Assembly: GCA_017394405.1 (NCBI GenBank)
Contig: JAFPYW010000007.1
Coordinates: 7,006 to 71,005 of the forward strand
Direction of reading: 5' to 3'
DNA from: Alphaproteobacteria bacterium
GTDB lineage: Bacteria; Pseudomonadota; Alphaproteobacteria; CAAHEQ01; UBA3637
Length of the DNA: 64,000 bases
Positions 39,995-49,781 of the stretch are shown piece by piece. The position numbers were made by a program, and so were the translations under genes. The notes under the pieces are model-generated. The model saw only the letters and a list, made by a program, of their open reading frames with translations. It did not search any database and was not told the origin of the DNA. How positions within the stretch are numbered: position 1 is the first letter of the stretch; the number at the start of each line of letters is the position of its first letter.

Positions 39995-40858
39995 ATGGTA
40001 ACAGAATTAAACGAAAAACATTTTTGGCAAAAACAAGAAGACGCAGAACAATTAAATTATCTGAAATGGCGTCAAGAAAGTGTGTTGTTGAAGAATGCTT
40101 TGCGCGAATTGCGGCGCATGCGTGAAGAATATGTTTTAGCACATAAAATTTGTTTAGGATATCAAGGCAAGGATGTGTCCGCTAGAGATTTAGTGGATGC
40201 ATTGTCTGCCGTCTTTGCGTTGGAAAGGCGATCCGTTGTAACGTTAGCGGATTTAGAAAAGATCGTGTCGGATTATTTGCCCCCCGCCGCATACAGACAA
40301 GTGTGTAATTGGAAAACAGAACGAGACGCGTTTTATAATGCTGAAACATTAGCGCCAAATCAAAAGTTTTCACCAATTTCTGTGGCCAGATTTGTCGCGC
40401 GTTTAATTTCAACAACGCCGCCGGATGGTGGTTATGATGTACCGGAAATTTATATTAATCCAATGGATTTGGCTGTTTATTTTGCAACCGAGGCCCAACA
40501 ACCCCGCTGGAGCGAAAAAAGTAAACAAACCTTTCAGAAATTAGCATTAAATTTAACACAAAAACACCTGAAAGACAATGCTCACGGGATGATGCAAAGT
40601 TTGGTTTGGAAAGAAATGCATGACATTATTGTAAAAGATAAAGTTGAGCCTGCGGACCATATTCGTTTTGAGTTAGTGGGTCGTGCCGGACAACGTTTCG
40701 GAATTGATTTGGAGGATGATTTATTGTCGGCACACCAAGAACAATTATTTACCAAACCGAAAGAAATGGAAATCTTGGCAAAATTGAACAAAATTCAAAA
40801 ACGTCGGCATTCTGTGTTAGGGCGTTTGGGCTTGAGACGTATTCATAACGTGCGCTAA
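39995..40858 (+). CDS. Hypothetical protein (287 aa), no recognisable domain
   Basis: The ORF has an AGGAG ribosome-binding site 7 nt upstream of the ATG at 39995. No signal peptide is obvious. Confidence 0.45.
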   Translation: MVTELNEKHFWQKQEDAEQLNYLKWRQESVLLKNALRELRRMREEYVLAHKICLGYQGKDVSARDLVDALSAVFALERRSVVTLADLEKIVSDYLPPAAYRQVCNWKTERDAFYNAETLAPNQKFSPISVARFVARLISTTPPDGGYDVPEIYINPMDLAVYFATEAQQPRWSEKSKQTFQKLALNLTQKHLKDNAHGMMQSLVWKEMHDIIVKDKVEPADHIRFELVGRAGQRFGIDLEDDLLSAHQEQLFTKPKEMEILAKLNKIQKRRHSVLGRLGLRRIHNVR

Positions 40859-40869
40859 TAATTTTTTGC

Positions 40870-40898
40870 TTGATTTTTTAGATAAAATCTGATATACT
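40870..40898 (+). promoter_or_regulatory. Sigma70-like promoter for the rpsB operon (TTGATT-17-TATACT)
   Basis: Hexamers and spacing match the consensus. They are followed by a 5' UTR of about 150 nt with potential secondary structure. Confidence 0.4.
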
Positions 40899-41048
40899 TT
40901 ACTCGTTCTTTTGAAAAAAAGGAACAAATAAACATGTGGGGCAGGCGCCTTTTGGGAGTTCCAGAAGATCGCTTCCGGTGTATCGGGAAATGACTTTCGA
41001 TATATTTACGCCCTGCAGAGGAATAACTGGAAAAAGAAAGGATTAAAA

Positions 41049-41819
41049 ATGTCTATTCCAACAATTACTATGCGTCAGCTGATTGAAGCTGGTGTTCATT
41101 TTGGGCACAATGCCCGCAGATGGAACCCGAAAATGGCTCCTTATATTTATGGTACACGTGAAGGTGTGCATATTATGGATTTGAACCAAACCGTGCCGAT
41201 GTTGTATCGCGCGATGGAAGCCGTCCGTGATGTGGCCGCCAAAGGTGGAAAAATCTTGTTCGTCGGTACAAAGGCTCAAGCCCGTGACTTGGTTGCGGAT
41301 GCCGCCGGTCGTTGTGGTCAATTCTATGTCAACCAACGTTGGTTGGGCGGTATGCTGACCAACTGGAAAACAATTTCTGCCAGCATCAAACGCTTGAAAG
41401 AAATTGAAACAAAACAAGAAAAAGGTGCCTATGAAGGGCTCACCAAAAAGGAAAAATTGAACATTGAACGCGAACGCGAAAAATTGATGGCCTCCTTTGG
41501 TGGTATCAAAGATATGAATGGTCGTCCAGATATCGTTTTTGTGATTGATGTGCCACATGAAAACTTGGCCGTTGCCGAAGCCAAAAAGTTGGGCATTCCT
41601 GTGGTCGCTATCTGTGACTCCAATGCCAACCCAGATGGTATTGCTTACCCGATTCCGGGCAATGATGATGCTGGCAAGGCGATTGCTTTGTACTGCAACT
41701 TGATGGCTGGTGCCGCTTTGGATGGTATCCAAGCTGAACTGAAAGCCGCTGGCGTTGATGTCGGTGCCGCCGAAGAAGTTAAAGAAGAAGTTGTGGAAGA
41801 AAAAGCCGAAGAAAAATAA
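41049..41819 (+). CDS. rpsB: 30S ribosomal protein S2
   Basis: 256 aa, unmistakably S2, with an acidic C-terminal tail. Confidence 0.95.
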   Translation: MSIPTITMRQLIEAGVHFGHNARRWNPKMAPYIYGTREGVHIMDLNQTVPMLYRAMEAVRDVAAKGGKILFVGTKAQARDLVADAAGRCGQFYVNQRWLGGMLTNWKTISASIKRLKEIETKQEKGAYEGLTKKEKLNIEREREKLMASFGGIKDMNGRPDIVFVIDVPHENLAVAEAKKLGIPVVAICDSNANPDGIAYPIPGNDDAGKAIALYCNLMAGAALDGIQAELKAAGVDVGAAEEVKEEVVEEKAEEK

Positions 41820-41828
41820 GGATTTAGT

Positions 41829-42443
41829 ATGCCCAAACCAAGTGTAAAAGAAATTCTATCTGCCCCGATTACGTTGGCACGTCCTTCAACCGAAAAGGAA
41901 AAGGAAGTGTTTGCGGATCAAAAGGGTAAAATGCTATTCACCGTCGGTGTGCCGACAGGATGCTTTTACACCATTGGTTTGGCGTCTGGTCAAAAATTTG
42001 TGGCCAATATGGGATCTGAAAACGATCAAGTGGACGCTTATAACCTTCGTCCGTTGGAAAACTTATTACCCAATTTAAAAGAAATCCAATGGAAAATCTG
42101 TAATCTTTTCCCAGGACACGGAACAAATACACATTGCCGTTTTGCGCCGCCTGTATCTCAAGAAGAATGGCGGACATATCAGGAAGAATTAAGTCCGAAA
42201 GAAAGATGGGTAACGTTGAATGGATTATATAAATACAATCCGCAACGGGTTTATGATAACCATCCGATATTGGACAGGTTAGAGCAAATTTTATGTGCCA
42301 GACATGAGTGTGAAAAGCATAAACAAGCATTGCTTGACGCACAAAATAAATTAAAATCCCTTGAAATTTCGGAAGAAAAGGGGTCTTCTGTAAAAACAAA
42401 TCAAATAATTCAAAAAATAAAAAAGGAGAAAACAAATGGCTGA
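41829..42443 (+). CDS. Hypothetical 204-aa protein inserted between rpsB and tsf
   Basis: The ORF starts 10 bp after rpsB and overlaps the tsf start by 8 bp. It has several Cys/His residues and no recognisable domain. Confidence 0.45.
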   Translation: MPKPSVKEILSAPITLARPSTEKEKEVFADQKGKMLFTVGVPTGCFYTIGLASGQKFVANMGSENDQVDAYNLRPLENLLPNLKEIQWKICNLFPGHGTNTHCRFAPPVSQEEWRTYQEELSPKERWVTLNGLYKYNPQRVYDNHPILDRLEQILCARHECEKHKQALLDAQNKLKSLEISEEKGSSVKTNQIIQKIKKEKTNG

Positions 42444-43320
42444 AATTACAGCAAAGTTAGTTGGCGAACTGCGTGAAAAAACAGGTGCCGGAATGATGGA
42501 ATGCAAAAAAGCATTAGTGGAAACAAATGGTGATTTGGAAGCCGCTATCGACTTTTTGCGTAAAAAAGGTATGTCCGTAGCCGAAAAGAAAGCCGGCCGT
42601 GTGGCAAACCAAGGCGCTGTCGGCGTGAAAGTATCCGGCAACAAAGGCGCGATGGTGGAAGTAAATATTGAAACAGACTTTGCCGCCAAGAACGCTGATT
42701 TCCAAAAGTTTGTGCAAGATGTGACCTCCGTGGCGTTGAATGGTTCCAATGATGTGGAAGCATTGAAGGCAGCACCGATGAATGGTTCCACCGTTCAAGA
42801 AAACGTGATTGCTTTAATCGCCAAGATTGGCGAAAACATGAGCTTGCGCCGTGTTGCCGTTGTGGAAGGGGAAACAGTGGTTCCTTATTTGCACACAACA
42901 TTGGGTGATGATTTGTGCAAAATCGGTGTGTTGGTTGGTGCCAATGGTGCTAACGCCGCCGAAGTGGCTAAACAAGTGGCTATGCATATTGCCGCAACAG
43001 CTCCAAAGTTTTTGAGCGTGGCCGATGTGGATGCAGAAACAGCCGCCCATGAACGTGGTATTTATGCTGAACAGGCTAAAGCCAGCGGCAAACCAGAAGC
43101 CATTATTGAAAAGATGGTAGAAGGTCGTATGCAAAAGTTCTATCAAGAAGCCGTGTTGTTGGAACAACCCTTCGTGATGGATCCGGACAAGAAGGTTAAA
43201 GATGTGTTGGCTGCCGCCGGCGTGACAGTGACAGCTTTTGCCCGCTTTGCTTTGGGTGAAGGTATTGAAAAGAAACAAGAAGATTTTGCCGCCGAAGTGG
43301 CCGCGCAAATGAATGGCTAA
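42436..43320 (+). CDS. tsf: Elongation factor Ts
   Basis: 294 aa. The EF-Ts N-terminal UBA-like motif reads ITAKLVGELREKTGAGMMECKKAL. Confidence 0.9.
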   Translation: MAEITAKLVGELREKTGAGMMECKKALVETNGDLEAAIDFLRKKGMSVAEKKAGRVANQGAVGVKVSGNKGAMVEVNIETDFAAKNADFQKFVQDVTSVALNGSNDVEALKAAPMNGSTVQENVIALIAKIGENMSLRRVAVVEGETVVPYLHTTLGDDLCKIGVLVGANGANAAEVAKQVAMHIAATAPKFLSVADVDAETAAHERGIYAEQAKASGKPEAIIEKMVEGRMQKFYQEAVLLEQPFVMDPDKKVKDVLAAAGVTVTAFARFALGEGIEKKQEDFAAEVAAQMNG

Positions 43321-43339
43321 TTAAACGAAAGGGGATCAC

Positions 43340-43894
43340 ATGAGTTGGGAACAAATTAAAGCCGATATGCAAAACAATATGGTCAAAGCCGAAGAGGCCT
43401 TGAAAAAGGAATTCGCAGGTCTGCGCACAGGTCGCGCCTCCACAGCATTGTTGGATGGCATTATGGTGGAAGCCTATGGCTCGGTGGTCCCTTTGAACCA
43501 AGTTGGAAACGTCAGTGTGCCGGATGCTCGCACATTATCCATTTCCGTTTGGGATAAAAGTTTAATCAAGTCCGTTGAAAAAGCGATTACAGAAGCCAAT
43601 TTGGGGTTGAACCCGATGAATGATGGTCAGCTGATTCGCTTGCCGATTCCGCCACTATCCGAAGAACGCCGTATGGAAATCGTGAAGATTGCCGGACGTT
43701 ATACCGAGGAAGTGCGTGTGTCCGTTCGTAATTATCGCCGTGAAGCGTTGGATGCCCTGAAAGCGATTAAAGACAGTTTGTCTGAAGACGATTACAAACG
43801 CTTTGAAAAAGAAATCCAAGACTTGACAGATAAAACAATCGCCAAGCTGGATGAAAATTTGAAAAACAAAGAAAACGAAATTAAGCAAGTATAA
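43340..43894 (+). CDS. frr: Ribosome recycling factor
   Basis: 184 aa of the RRF family. Confidence 0.9.
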   Translation: MSWEQIKADMQNNMVKAEEALKKEFAGLRTGRASTALLDGIMVEAYGSVVPLNQVGNVSVPDARTLSISVWDKSLIKSVEKAITEANLGLNPMNDGQLIRLPIPPLSEERRMEIVKIAGRYTEEVRVSVRNYRREALDALKAIKDSLSEDDYKRFEKEIQDLTDKTIAKLDENLKNKENEIKQV

Positions 43895-44613
43895 TGATAA
43901 CAAAACCCGAAGACGATAAAATTCCAAAACACGTTGCCATCATTATGGATGGCAATGGCCGTTGGGCAACCGAAAAAGGGTTGCCCCGTACAGAGGGTCA
44001 TAAAGAAGGCGCCAAGACGGTTAAAATAATCTTGGAGCATGCAAAAAAACGTGGTATTAAATATGTGACATTATATGCGTTTTCTTCTGAAAACTGGAAA
44101 CGGCCCAAAGAGGAAGTCAAAGTTTTGATGGACTTGTTCCGCAAATATATGAAGGAAGATGTCAAAGAACTGCAAAAGAAAAAGGTGCGCGTTTCGTTTA
44201 TTGGTGACAGAACGCGTTTTCCGGAAGATATGCAGGAACGCATGAATGAAGTGGAACGCGAAACCGCTGATTACAATGATTTCCATGTGATTTTGGCTTT
44301 GTCTTATGGGGCACGCGACGATATGATTGCCGCCATTAAACATATTGCTTTGGACGTGATGGATCGCAAATATATGATTTCAAACATTGACGAGGAAACG
44401 GTGAATGAAGCCCTTTCCACACACGGAATTCCTTATCCAGATTTGGTCATTCGGACAAGCGGCGAGCAACGCATCAGCAACTTTTTATTGTGGGAAATTG
44501 CCTATGCCGAACTGTATTTTACACCTATTTATTGGCCAGATTTTAACGAGCAAGATTTAGATATTGCTATTGAGGCCTATGGTCGCCGCAATCGTCGTTT
44601 TGGCGCCGTTTAA
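43894..44613 (+). CDS. uppS: Undecaprenyl pyrophosphate synthase
   Basis: 239 aa with cis-prenyltransferase motifs (HVAIIMDGNGRWA..., YVTLYAFSSENW). Confidence 0.9.
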   Translation: MITKPEDDKIPKHVAIIMDGNGRWATEKGLPRTEGHKEGAKTVKIILEHAKKRGIKYVTLYAFSSENWKRPKEEVKVLMDLFRKYMKEDVKELQKKKVRVSFIGDRTRFPEDMQERMNEVERETADYNDFHVILALSYGARDDMIAAIKHIALDVMDRKYMISNIDEETVNEALSTHGIPYPDLVIRTSGEQRISNFLLWEIAYAELYFTPIYWPDFNEQDLDIAIEAYGRRNRRFGAV

Positions 44614-44680
44614 TATTTTTACAAAAAATACTTGTAAAATCATAAAAAAAAGAGCATGCTAAAAGAAAAAGGAGGAGAGC

Positions 44681-45991
44681 ATGTTTGAACGCTTTTTGCA
44701 TACCAATAAACCGGAAGACGATTCTGAGGCAGAAAAAGTAGCGCCCAAAGAAAATCAGTCGCAACCGCAAAATGCGGATGTGGATGCAAAAGTGCCGCCT
44801 TTCCCAACAGAAGATGAAAAGCCGGAAGATGCGTTACCAGTTGAAGAGCCAGCCAGCGAAGAACCGGCCCCAGAACCCCCATCCTTTTTGAAGGCTGAAG
44901 AAGAACCACAACAATCGAAATCTGTTAATATGGTAGAAAATAAAGAAACAGAGGCGTTGCCGCCAAAAGATCCGGCCGCGCCACGCTTGAAAATAGGAGA
45001 TCCCATTCCGCCAAAGGATCCAGATCCTATACAAGGTAAATCGTTGCATGACATAGAATTTGCAGATATTTGGTATACCCCGGAAGGAATTGCCTATGTG
45101 CGTGATCAAAATACACGTTTTGCTTTAGTACCCATTCAAACAGATGATTTGGAAGATTTCCACGCTGCGTTAGAGCAGGGCTTTACCGGTATGAGCAGTT
45201 ATGCCATTCGTTTTGCTGGTGATTCGTATCGTGTGGAACGGGTAAATACCATTGATGGATTACAATACAACTGCCGTAAAATGCCAACAAAAACGCCCGA
45301 AATTGAAACGTTGGGCTTTGCGCCGGAAGTGGTGAAGCACTTGACAAGTTTGAGCCGTGCATCCGGTCTGTTATTATTTGCTGGTCCGACTGGACAAGGT
45401 AAAACAACAACGGTGTCATCTTTGATGAAACGTTATTTGGATACAGATGGTGGCTTTTTATACACCATTGAAGATCCACCAGAAATGCCTTTGTCGGGTA
45501 TTTATCATTCTAAAAATGGTGGATTGGGATTGTGCAAACAGGTGCCCGTTGAAAATGACCAATGGGGTGCTGGATTACGTTCTGCATTGCGGTCAAAACC
45601 AAGATATATTTTAGTGGGCGAAATCAGAACGCCGGAAACAGCCAGTCAATGTTTAATTGCCGCCACATCTGGCCACTTGGTATTATCTACAATTCACGCA
45701 AATGGCGTAGAAGATGCCTTAAATTCTTTGATTAAATATGCAGCATCCACGGGGTTGGATAATACCTTGGTCGCCGATTTGTTGGCACGTGGTATTTTGG
45801 GCGTCGTTTATCAAAGGTTGGAAGGAACCAATAAATTAAAGTTGGTGTATCAATCATCTTTCGCCAATCCGAATGCTCAAGCAGCAGATCAAATGCGTAT
45901 GGCTATTCGCGACACGAATATCAACCTAGCAACTTATATGGAACAACAAAAAACACGTATGGAACGTGGATTACCAATGTTTAGGGATTAG
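44681..45991 (+). CDS. Orphan GspE/PilB/PilT-superfamily secretion ATPase with an acidic Pro-rich disordered N-terminus
   Basis: 436 aa. It carries a Walker A motif (GPTGQGKTTT), an Asp box, a second Asp-box-like motif (ILVGEIRTPETA) and a His box (SGHLVLSTIHAN). The N-terminal 110 residues or so are low-complexity and rich in E, P, K and D. No tetracysteine motif is present, and no gspF or pilC-type partner gene is nearby. Confidence 0.6.
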   Translation: MFERFLHTNKPEDDSEAEKVAPKENQSQPQNADVDAKVPPFPTEDEKPEDALPVEEPASEEPAPEPPSFLKAEEEPQQSKSVNMVENKETEALPPKDPAAPRLKIGDPIPPKDPDPIQGKSLHDIEFADIWYTPEGIAYVRDQNTRFALVPIQTDDLEDFHAALEQGFTGMSSYAIRFAGDSYRVERVNTIDGLQYNCRKMPTKTPEIETLGFAPEVVKHLTSLSRASGLLLFAGPTGQGKTTTVSSLMKRYLDTDGGFLYTIEDPPEMPLSGIYHSKNGGLGLCKQVPVENDQWGAGLRSALRSKPRYILVGEIRTPETASQCLIAATSGHLVLSTIHANGVEDALNSLIKYAASTGLDNTLVADLLARGILGVVYQRLEGTNKLKLVYQSSFANPNAQAADQMRMAIRDTNINLATYMEQQKTRMERGLPMFRD

Positions 45992-46069
45992 AACATGATA
46001 AAAATATTAGAAGATATCACCGGATGGTTGGCCAATGTATTGCAAAATTTATGGGATAGCTTTGTCCAT

Positions 46070-46414
46070 TTATTTTATGTCGGTGTGGACTTGGTGGTAT
46101 CTAGCTTGCAAAGTATCTTGGACGTCTTTCATTAATTCGCTCAAAAAAGGCACATTCAAACTCACTAATGCGCTGATAATTTTGAAGATGATGGCAATCA
46201 CTAATGTTGCCCCGATGGTCAAGCCGACGCCACGCGCAATGCCGCTGACCAAGTTTAGCCAAATCAACCGAGATGTTTTGTTCAGATTTGTTACATACTC
46301 ACCCACGCGCATCCGTTCCAATCTGTCGGCCAGTTTTTCCAGTTGGCTGATTTTTTCCATCTGACGTTTTTGTTCGGCTGTTTGATTTTCTGTTTTTGTT
46401 TTTGCTTTTGTCAT
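46070..46414 (-). CDS. Hypothetical small membrane protein
   Basis: 114 aa with a charged coiled N-terminus and two TM helices. Its start overlaps the stop of the glycosyltransferase gene. Confidence 0.4.
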   Translation of the reverse strand: MTKAKTKTENQTAEQKRQMEKISQLEKLADRLERMRVGEYVTNLNKTSRLIWLNLVSGIARGVGLTIGATLVIAIIFKIISALVSLNVPFLSELMKDVQDTLQARYHQVHTDIK

Positions 46415-47535
46415 TTTAATATCTCCCTATACACAGCTAAAGTTTTATCACACATTTTTTGAATAGAAAAGTTTGTTGTAGCATGTTTGAACGCGGCCTG
46501 TTCCATTTTTTTCTTTTCAGCCGGTGGCATATTCAATACTTTATCTAATGCCTTAGCCAAAGCCGAAATATCGCCCACAGGTGTTAAAAAGCCTGTTTTG
46601 CCGTCTATAATTGTTTCGGTTGGCCCACCATGGTTGAAAGCAATAACCATTTTCTTCATCGCGTTGGCTTCCGAAATGGTGCGTCCGAAGGCCTCTGGCG
46701 TAATCCGGGCAGAAACAATGATATCAGATAAAGCATATACCAAGGGCATTTCGTTGCTTGGCACAGAAATAATTTTCAAACTTGTTTGTTGTGGTAACGT
46801 ATCGATTAGAGTCCCTAATTCTTGTTGGTATTCCGGTGTTACTCCGCCGCCAACCAACAAACACGTCACCTCTTTGTTTTTCATTTTCTTTAATGCCTGA
46901 ATCAATTCGCGTTGGCCTTTAATTTTGGACAATCGTCCCACCAAAGTGATGATTGGTTTGTCCCATGGAATTTGATTTTTTGTCACAAACTCATCCAATT
47001 GTTTTTGTGTGATTTTGTCAGGATTAAACCGGTTGAGGTCTGCTCCGCGATGAATGACGCGTACTTTGTTTTCAGGATAATGATAAACATCCAACAAATG
47101 TTGTTTGACAAAATCAGAAACAGCAATTGTCAGTAAGCCACCCAACATCGCGCTGTTGTAAATTTTTTTGATAGCGGGCTTGATTCCATAAACCCCATGA
47201 TAGGATGAAATATAAGGGATGCCAGTTGCTTTGGACGCCCATTTAACGCTCCACGCTGGTGCCCGAGAACGCACATGCATTAAACCCACATTATGTTCTG
47301 CACAAACTTTGGCAATTTTTTTTGAATTGAGCCACATTTTAATCGGGTTTTTACTTTGTACCGGCAATGTAATATGTGGCACGCCCAAGCGATTTAATTG
47401 TGCCACCATTGGTCCGCCGGATGAAATAACGATATTAGGAATTTTTGCCTTTTGTAGGGCTGCTGCAATTTCTATGGTGCCAGTTTCTACGCCGCCTTGT
47501 TTCAAAGAAGGAAGAATTTGTGCAATCGTTTTCAT
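46411..47535 (-). CDS. Glycosyltransferase family 4 (GT-B), probable LPS core glycosyltransferase
   Basis: 374 aa with the GT4 motif EAFGRTISEANAMKKMVIAFNHGGPTETIIDGKTGFL. It lies within the lpx neighbourhood. Confidence 0.65.
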   Translation of the reverse strand: MKTIAQILPSLKQGGVETGTIEIAAALQKAKIPNIVISSGGPMVAQLNRLGVPHITLPVQSKNPIKMWLNSKKIAKVCAEHNVGLMHVRSRAPAWSVKWASKATGIPYISSYHGVYGIKPAIKKIYNSAMLGGLLTIAVSDFVKQHLLDVYHYPENKVRVIHRGADLNRFNPDKITQKQLDEFVTKNQIPWDKPIITLVGRLSKIKGQRELIQALKKMKNKEVTCLLVGGGVTPEYQQELGTLIDTLPQQTSLKIISVPSNEMPLVYALSDIIVSARITPEAFGRTISEANAMKKMVIAFNHGGPTETIIDGKTGFLTPVGDISALAKALDKVLNMPPAEKKKMEQAAFKHATTNFSIQKMCDKTLAVYREILK

Positions 47536-47545
47536 TTGCGGCTCC

Positions 47546-47959
47546 TTACATTGGGAAAACCTGACGATTTATCGTGGCCGGCATTCTTTGGCGATAATGG
47601 CGTGCGTGCATACATTCTTCATACGAATCATAATCCACAGACCAATCGTCAGACGCTGAATTGACATATAAAGGTCTGGCCCCAGGATAAGGCACAAATT
47701 GTGCCCACACGCCCGATGAAGCATCATTATCAAAACGTAATTTTAATTCTGGTGGCGCATCACTGGTCCAAGGCATGTGTGGCCATTCAAATGGGAATAA
47801 AACCGCTTCTTGCATACATTCGCGGTGGTCTTTTGCAAACCAAGCCACGCCCGTGTTGGGACGCTCCCAATAAAAGACTTTCTGCCCTTCTTCACCCACC
47901 ATCCATTGGCAAGAAGTCAATGACAAAGCAAAGCACAGCAAGATCAAGAATTTTTTCAT
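47546..47959 (-). CDS. Hypothetical lipoprotein
   Basis: Lipobox LTSC. The start is set at MKKFLIL. Confidence 0.4.
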   Translation of the reverse strand: MKKFLILLCFALSLTSCQWMVGEEGQKVFYWERPNTGVAWFAKDHRECMQEAVLFPFEWPHMPWTSDAPPELKLRFDNDASSGVWAQFVPYPGARPLYVNSASDDWSVDYDSYEECMHARHYRQRMPATINRQVFPM

Positions 47960-47967
47960 AGGCCCCC

Positions 47968-48651
47968 TCAAAAGTCAAATAAGGTATAATTGTCTGAAGG
48001 CATTATACCCCCAATTTTATCTTGAAGTAAAGAGTTAAATGATTTGCGCGATTTTATTTTTGCATACCAGGTTTTTGCTCCTGGTAAATTATCCCAAGTC
48101 AATTCACCCAAATAATCCAAAACAGATAATTGTGCCGCCATTGCCAAATCAGCATAGGACAAATGTCTGCCACCCAAATAGGCGCGACGTGAGGCCACCC
48201 AATCTAAATATGGCATTAAAATTTTATAGTTTTGACGGGCCATTCTTAAAACAGCAGAATCGGGTACCCCTTTATGTTGTAATGTTTTATAAACACGCTC
48301 TTCCAAAATAGGTTTCACGACATCCAAATAAAATACACCCAACGTCCATTCCACCAAACGACGTACCTCCGCACGACCACGCGGCGATTCCCCGATCAAA
48401 TCTGGCATAGGTGCAATTTCATCCAAGTATTCACAGATGGTAGTTGCGCCGGATAATACATATTCATCCGTTTGTGTTTCGGTGATAATCGGCAATGTTC
48501 CCAATGGATTTTTTGCTAAAAATTCGGGGCGGCGTTGCCATGGCATTTCCGTCCACACGGCATGAGGAATTCCCTTTTCATAAAAAGCCAAGCGCACCAA
48601 CCGGCACAACGGACATAGCGGAAAATGAGAAATCAAAGTTCTGTTTGTCAT
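47968..48651 (-). CDS. Glutathione S-transferase family protein
   Basis: 227 aa with a thioredoxin-like N-terminal GST domain (FYEKGIPHAV..., LGTLPII). Confidence 0.65.
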   Translation of the reverse strand: MTNRTLISHFPLCPLCRLVRLAFYEKGIPHAVWTEMPWQRRPEFLAKNPLGTLPIITETQTDEYVLSGATTICEYLDEIAPMPDLIGESPRGRAEVRRLVEWTLGVFYLDVVKPILEERVYKTLQHKGVPDSAVLRMARQNYKILMPYLDWVASRRAYLGGRHLSYADLAMAAQLSVLDYLGELTWDNLPGAKTWYAKIKSRKSFNSLLQDKIGGIMPSDNYTLFDF

Positions 48652-49781
48652 GCATTCCTCGCCAATTTAATCAGGTTTTCAGCCACTTTTTCAGACGGGC
48701 TGGTGTTGTACCCTAATTGTTTCAAAGCGTGCGCTGTGTCTTGATTTTGTCCTTGTAATAACAAACGCATTGTTTCCGTGATTTTTGGCACAGTACAATT
48801 TTCTTGCAACAATTCAGGTATAATTTCCGTGTTTTCCAACAAATTTAATAAATTGACATATTTGATTTTTAATACACGCCTGGCCAAAGCTGCCGTGATC
48901 GGATTCATTTTGTATGCAATCAAATGTGGAACGCCCGCTAAAGCCAATTCCAAACTGACGGTCCCACTGGCTGCGATGGCGGCAACAGACGCAGCAAAGG
49001 CATCATAACGTTCTTTTTCGCCCGTCACAATAATGTGTGGAACTGCCCAATCTTTGGTTTGTTGGGTGATTTTATCCTGAACAGTTTGAACGGTTGGAAT
49101 CACCACAAATAAATCCGGGTTCGTGGCCAATAAATTTTCCGTGGCGTGCATAAAGTCTTTTAACAAATAATTGATTTCATTGGAACGGCTGCCGGGCAAT
49201 AAACAGATGATCCGTTTGTCGGTCGGGATGTTGTGTTTTGTTCGGAAGGCCTTTGCATCCCCTTTGTCCGCGCCACCTTCAATCACAGGGTGTCCGACAA
49301 AGGTGGTAGGCATACCATACGGCGCAAAATAACCAGGTTCATTTGGTAACAGACAAAATAAATGATCCACGAAATGGCCGATTTTTTTTGCGCGGCCTTT
49401 GTTCCAAGCCCAAACTTGCGGGGCCACCAAATGCACATGCGGAATTGAACAATTGGCGCGTTTCAACATTTTATGAACGCGGATGGAAAATGAATAACTG
49501 TCAATTGTCATAATAATGTCGGGTTTGATGCGTTCAATGTCGGCCTGAATTTCCACAAAGTGTGCTAAAATTTTTGGTAAATGCGGAATCACCTCAAACA
49601 ACCCCATTACGGCCAAATCTTTTATATTAAATAAAGATTTTAATCCGGCGGTTTCCATACTTTCGCCACCAACACCAAAGATTTGAACGTCTGGTGACAA
49701 TTTTTTGAGGGCAGTCATCACGCGCGCACCCAATAAATCCCCCGATGGTTCTCCGGCAATTAAATACACTTTGAATGTCAT
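48648..49781 (-). CDS. lpxB: Lipid-A-disaccharide synthase
   Basis: 377 aa. The LpxB N-terminus reads KVYLIAGEPSGDLLGARVM. Confidence 0.85.
   Translation of the reverse strand: MTFKVYLIAGEPSGDLLGARVMTALKKLSPDVQIFGVGGESMETAGLKSLFNIKDLAVMGLFEVIPHLPKILAHFVEIQADIERIKPDIIMTIDSYSFSIRVHKMLKRANCSIPHVHLVAPQVWAWNKGRAKKIGHFVDHLFCLLPNEPGYFAPYGMPTTFVGHPVIEGGADKGDAKAFRTKHNIPTDKRIICLLPGSRSNEINYLLKDFMHATENLLATNPDLFVVIPTVQTVQDKITQQTKDWAVPHIIVTGEKERYDAFAASVAAIAASGTVSLELALAGVPHLIAYKMNPITAALARRVLKIKYVNLLNLLENTEIIPELLQENCTVPKITETMRLLLQGQNQDTAHALKQLGYNTSPSEKVAENLIKLARNA

Noticed and set aside
42351-43501. Antisense ORFs across tsf (42351-42791, 42514-42798, 42545-42901, 42814-43308, 43196-43501)
   Set aside because: They lie opposite the highly conserved EF-Ts coding frame, and their translations are His/Cys/Gly-rich nonsense.
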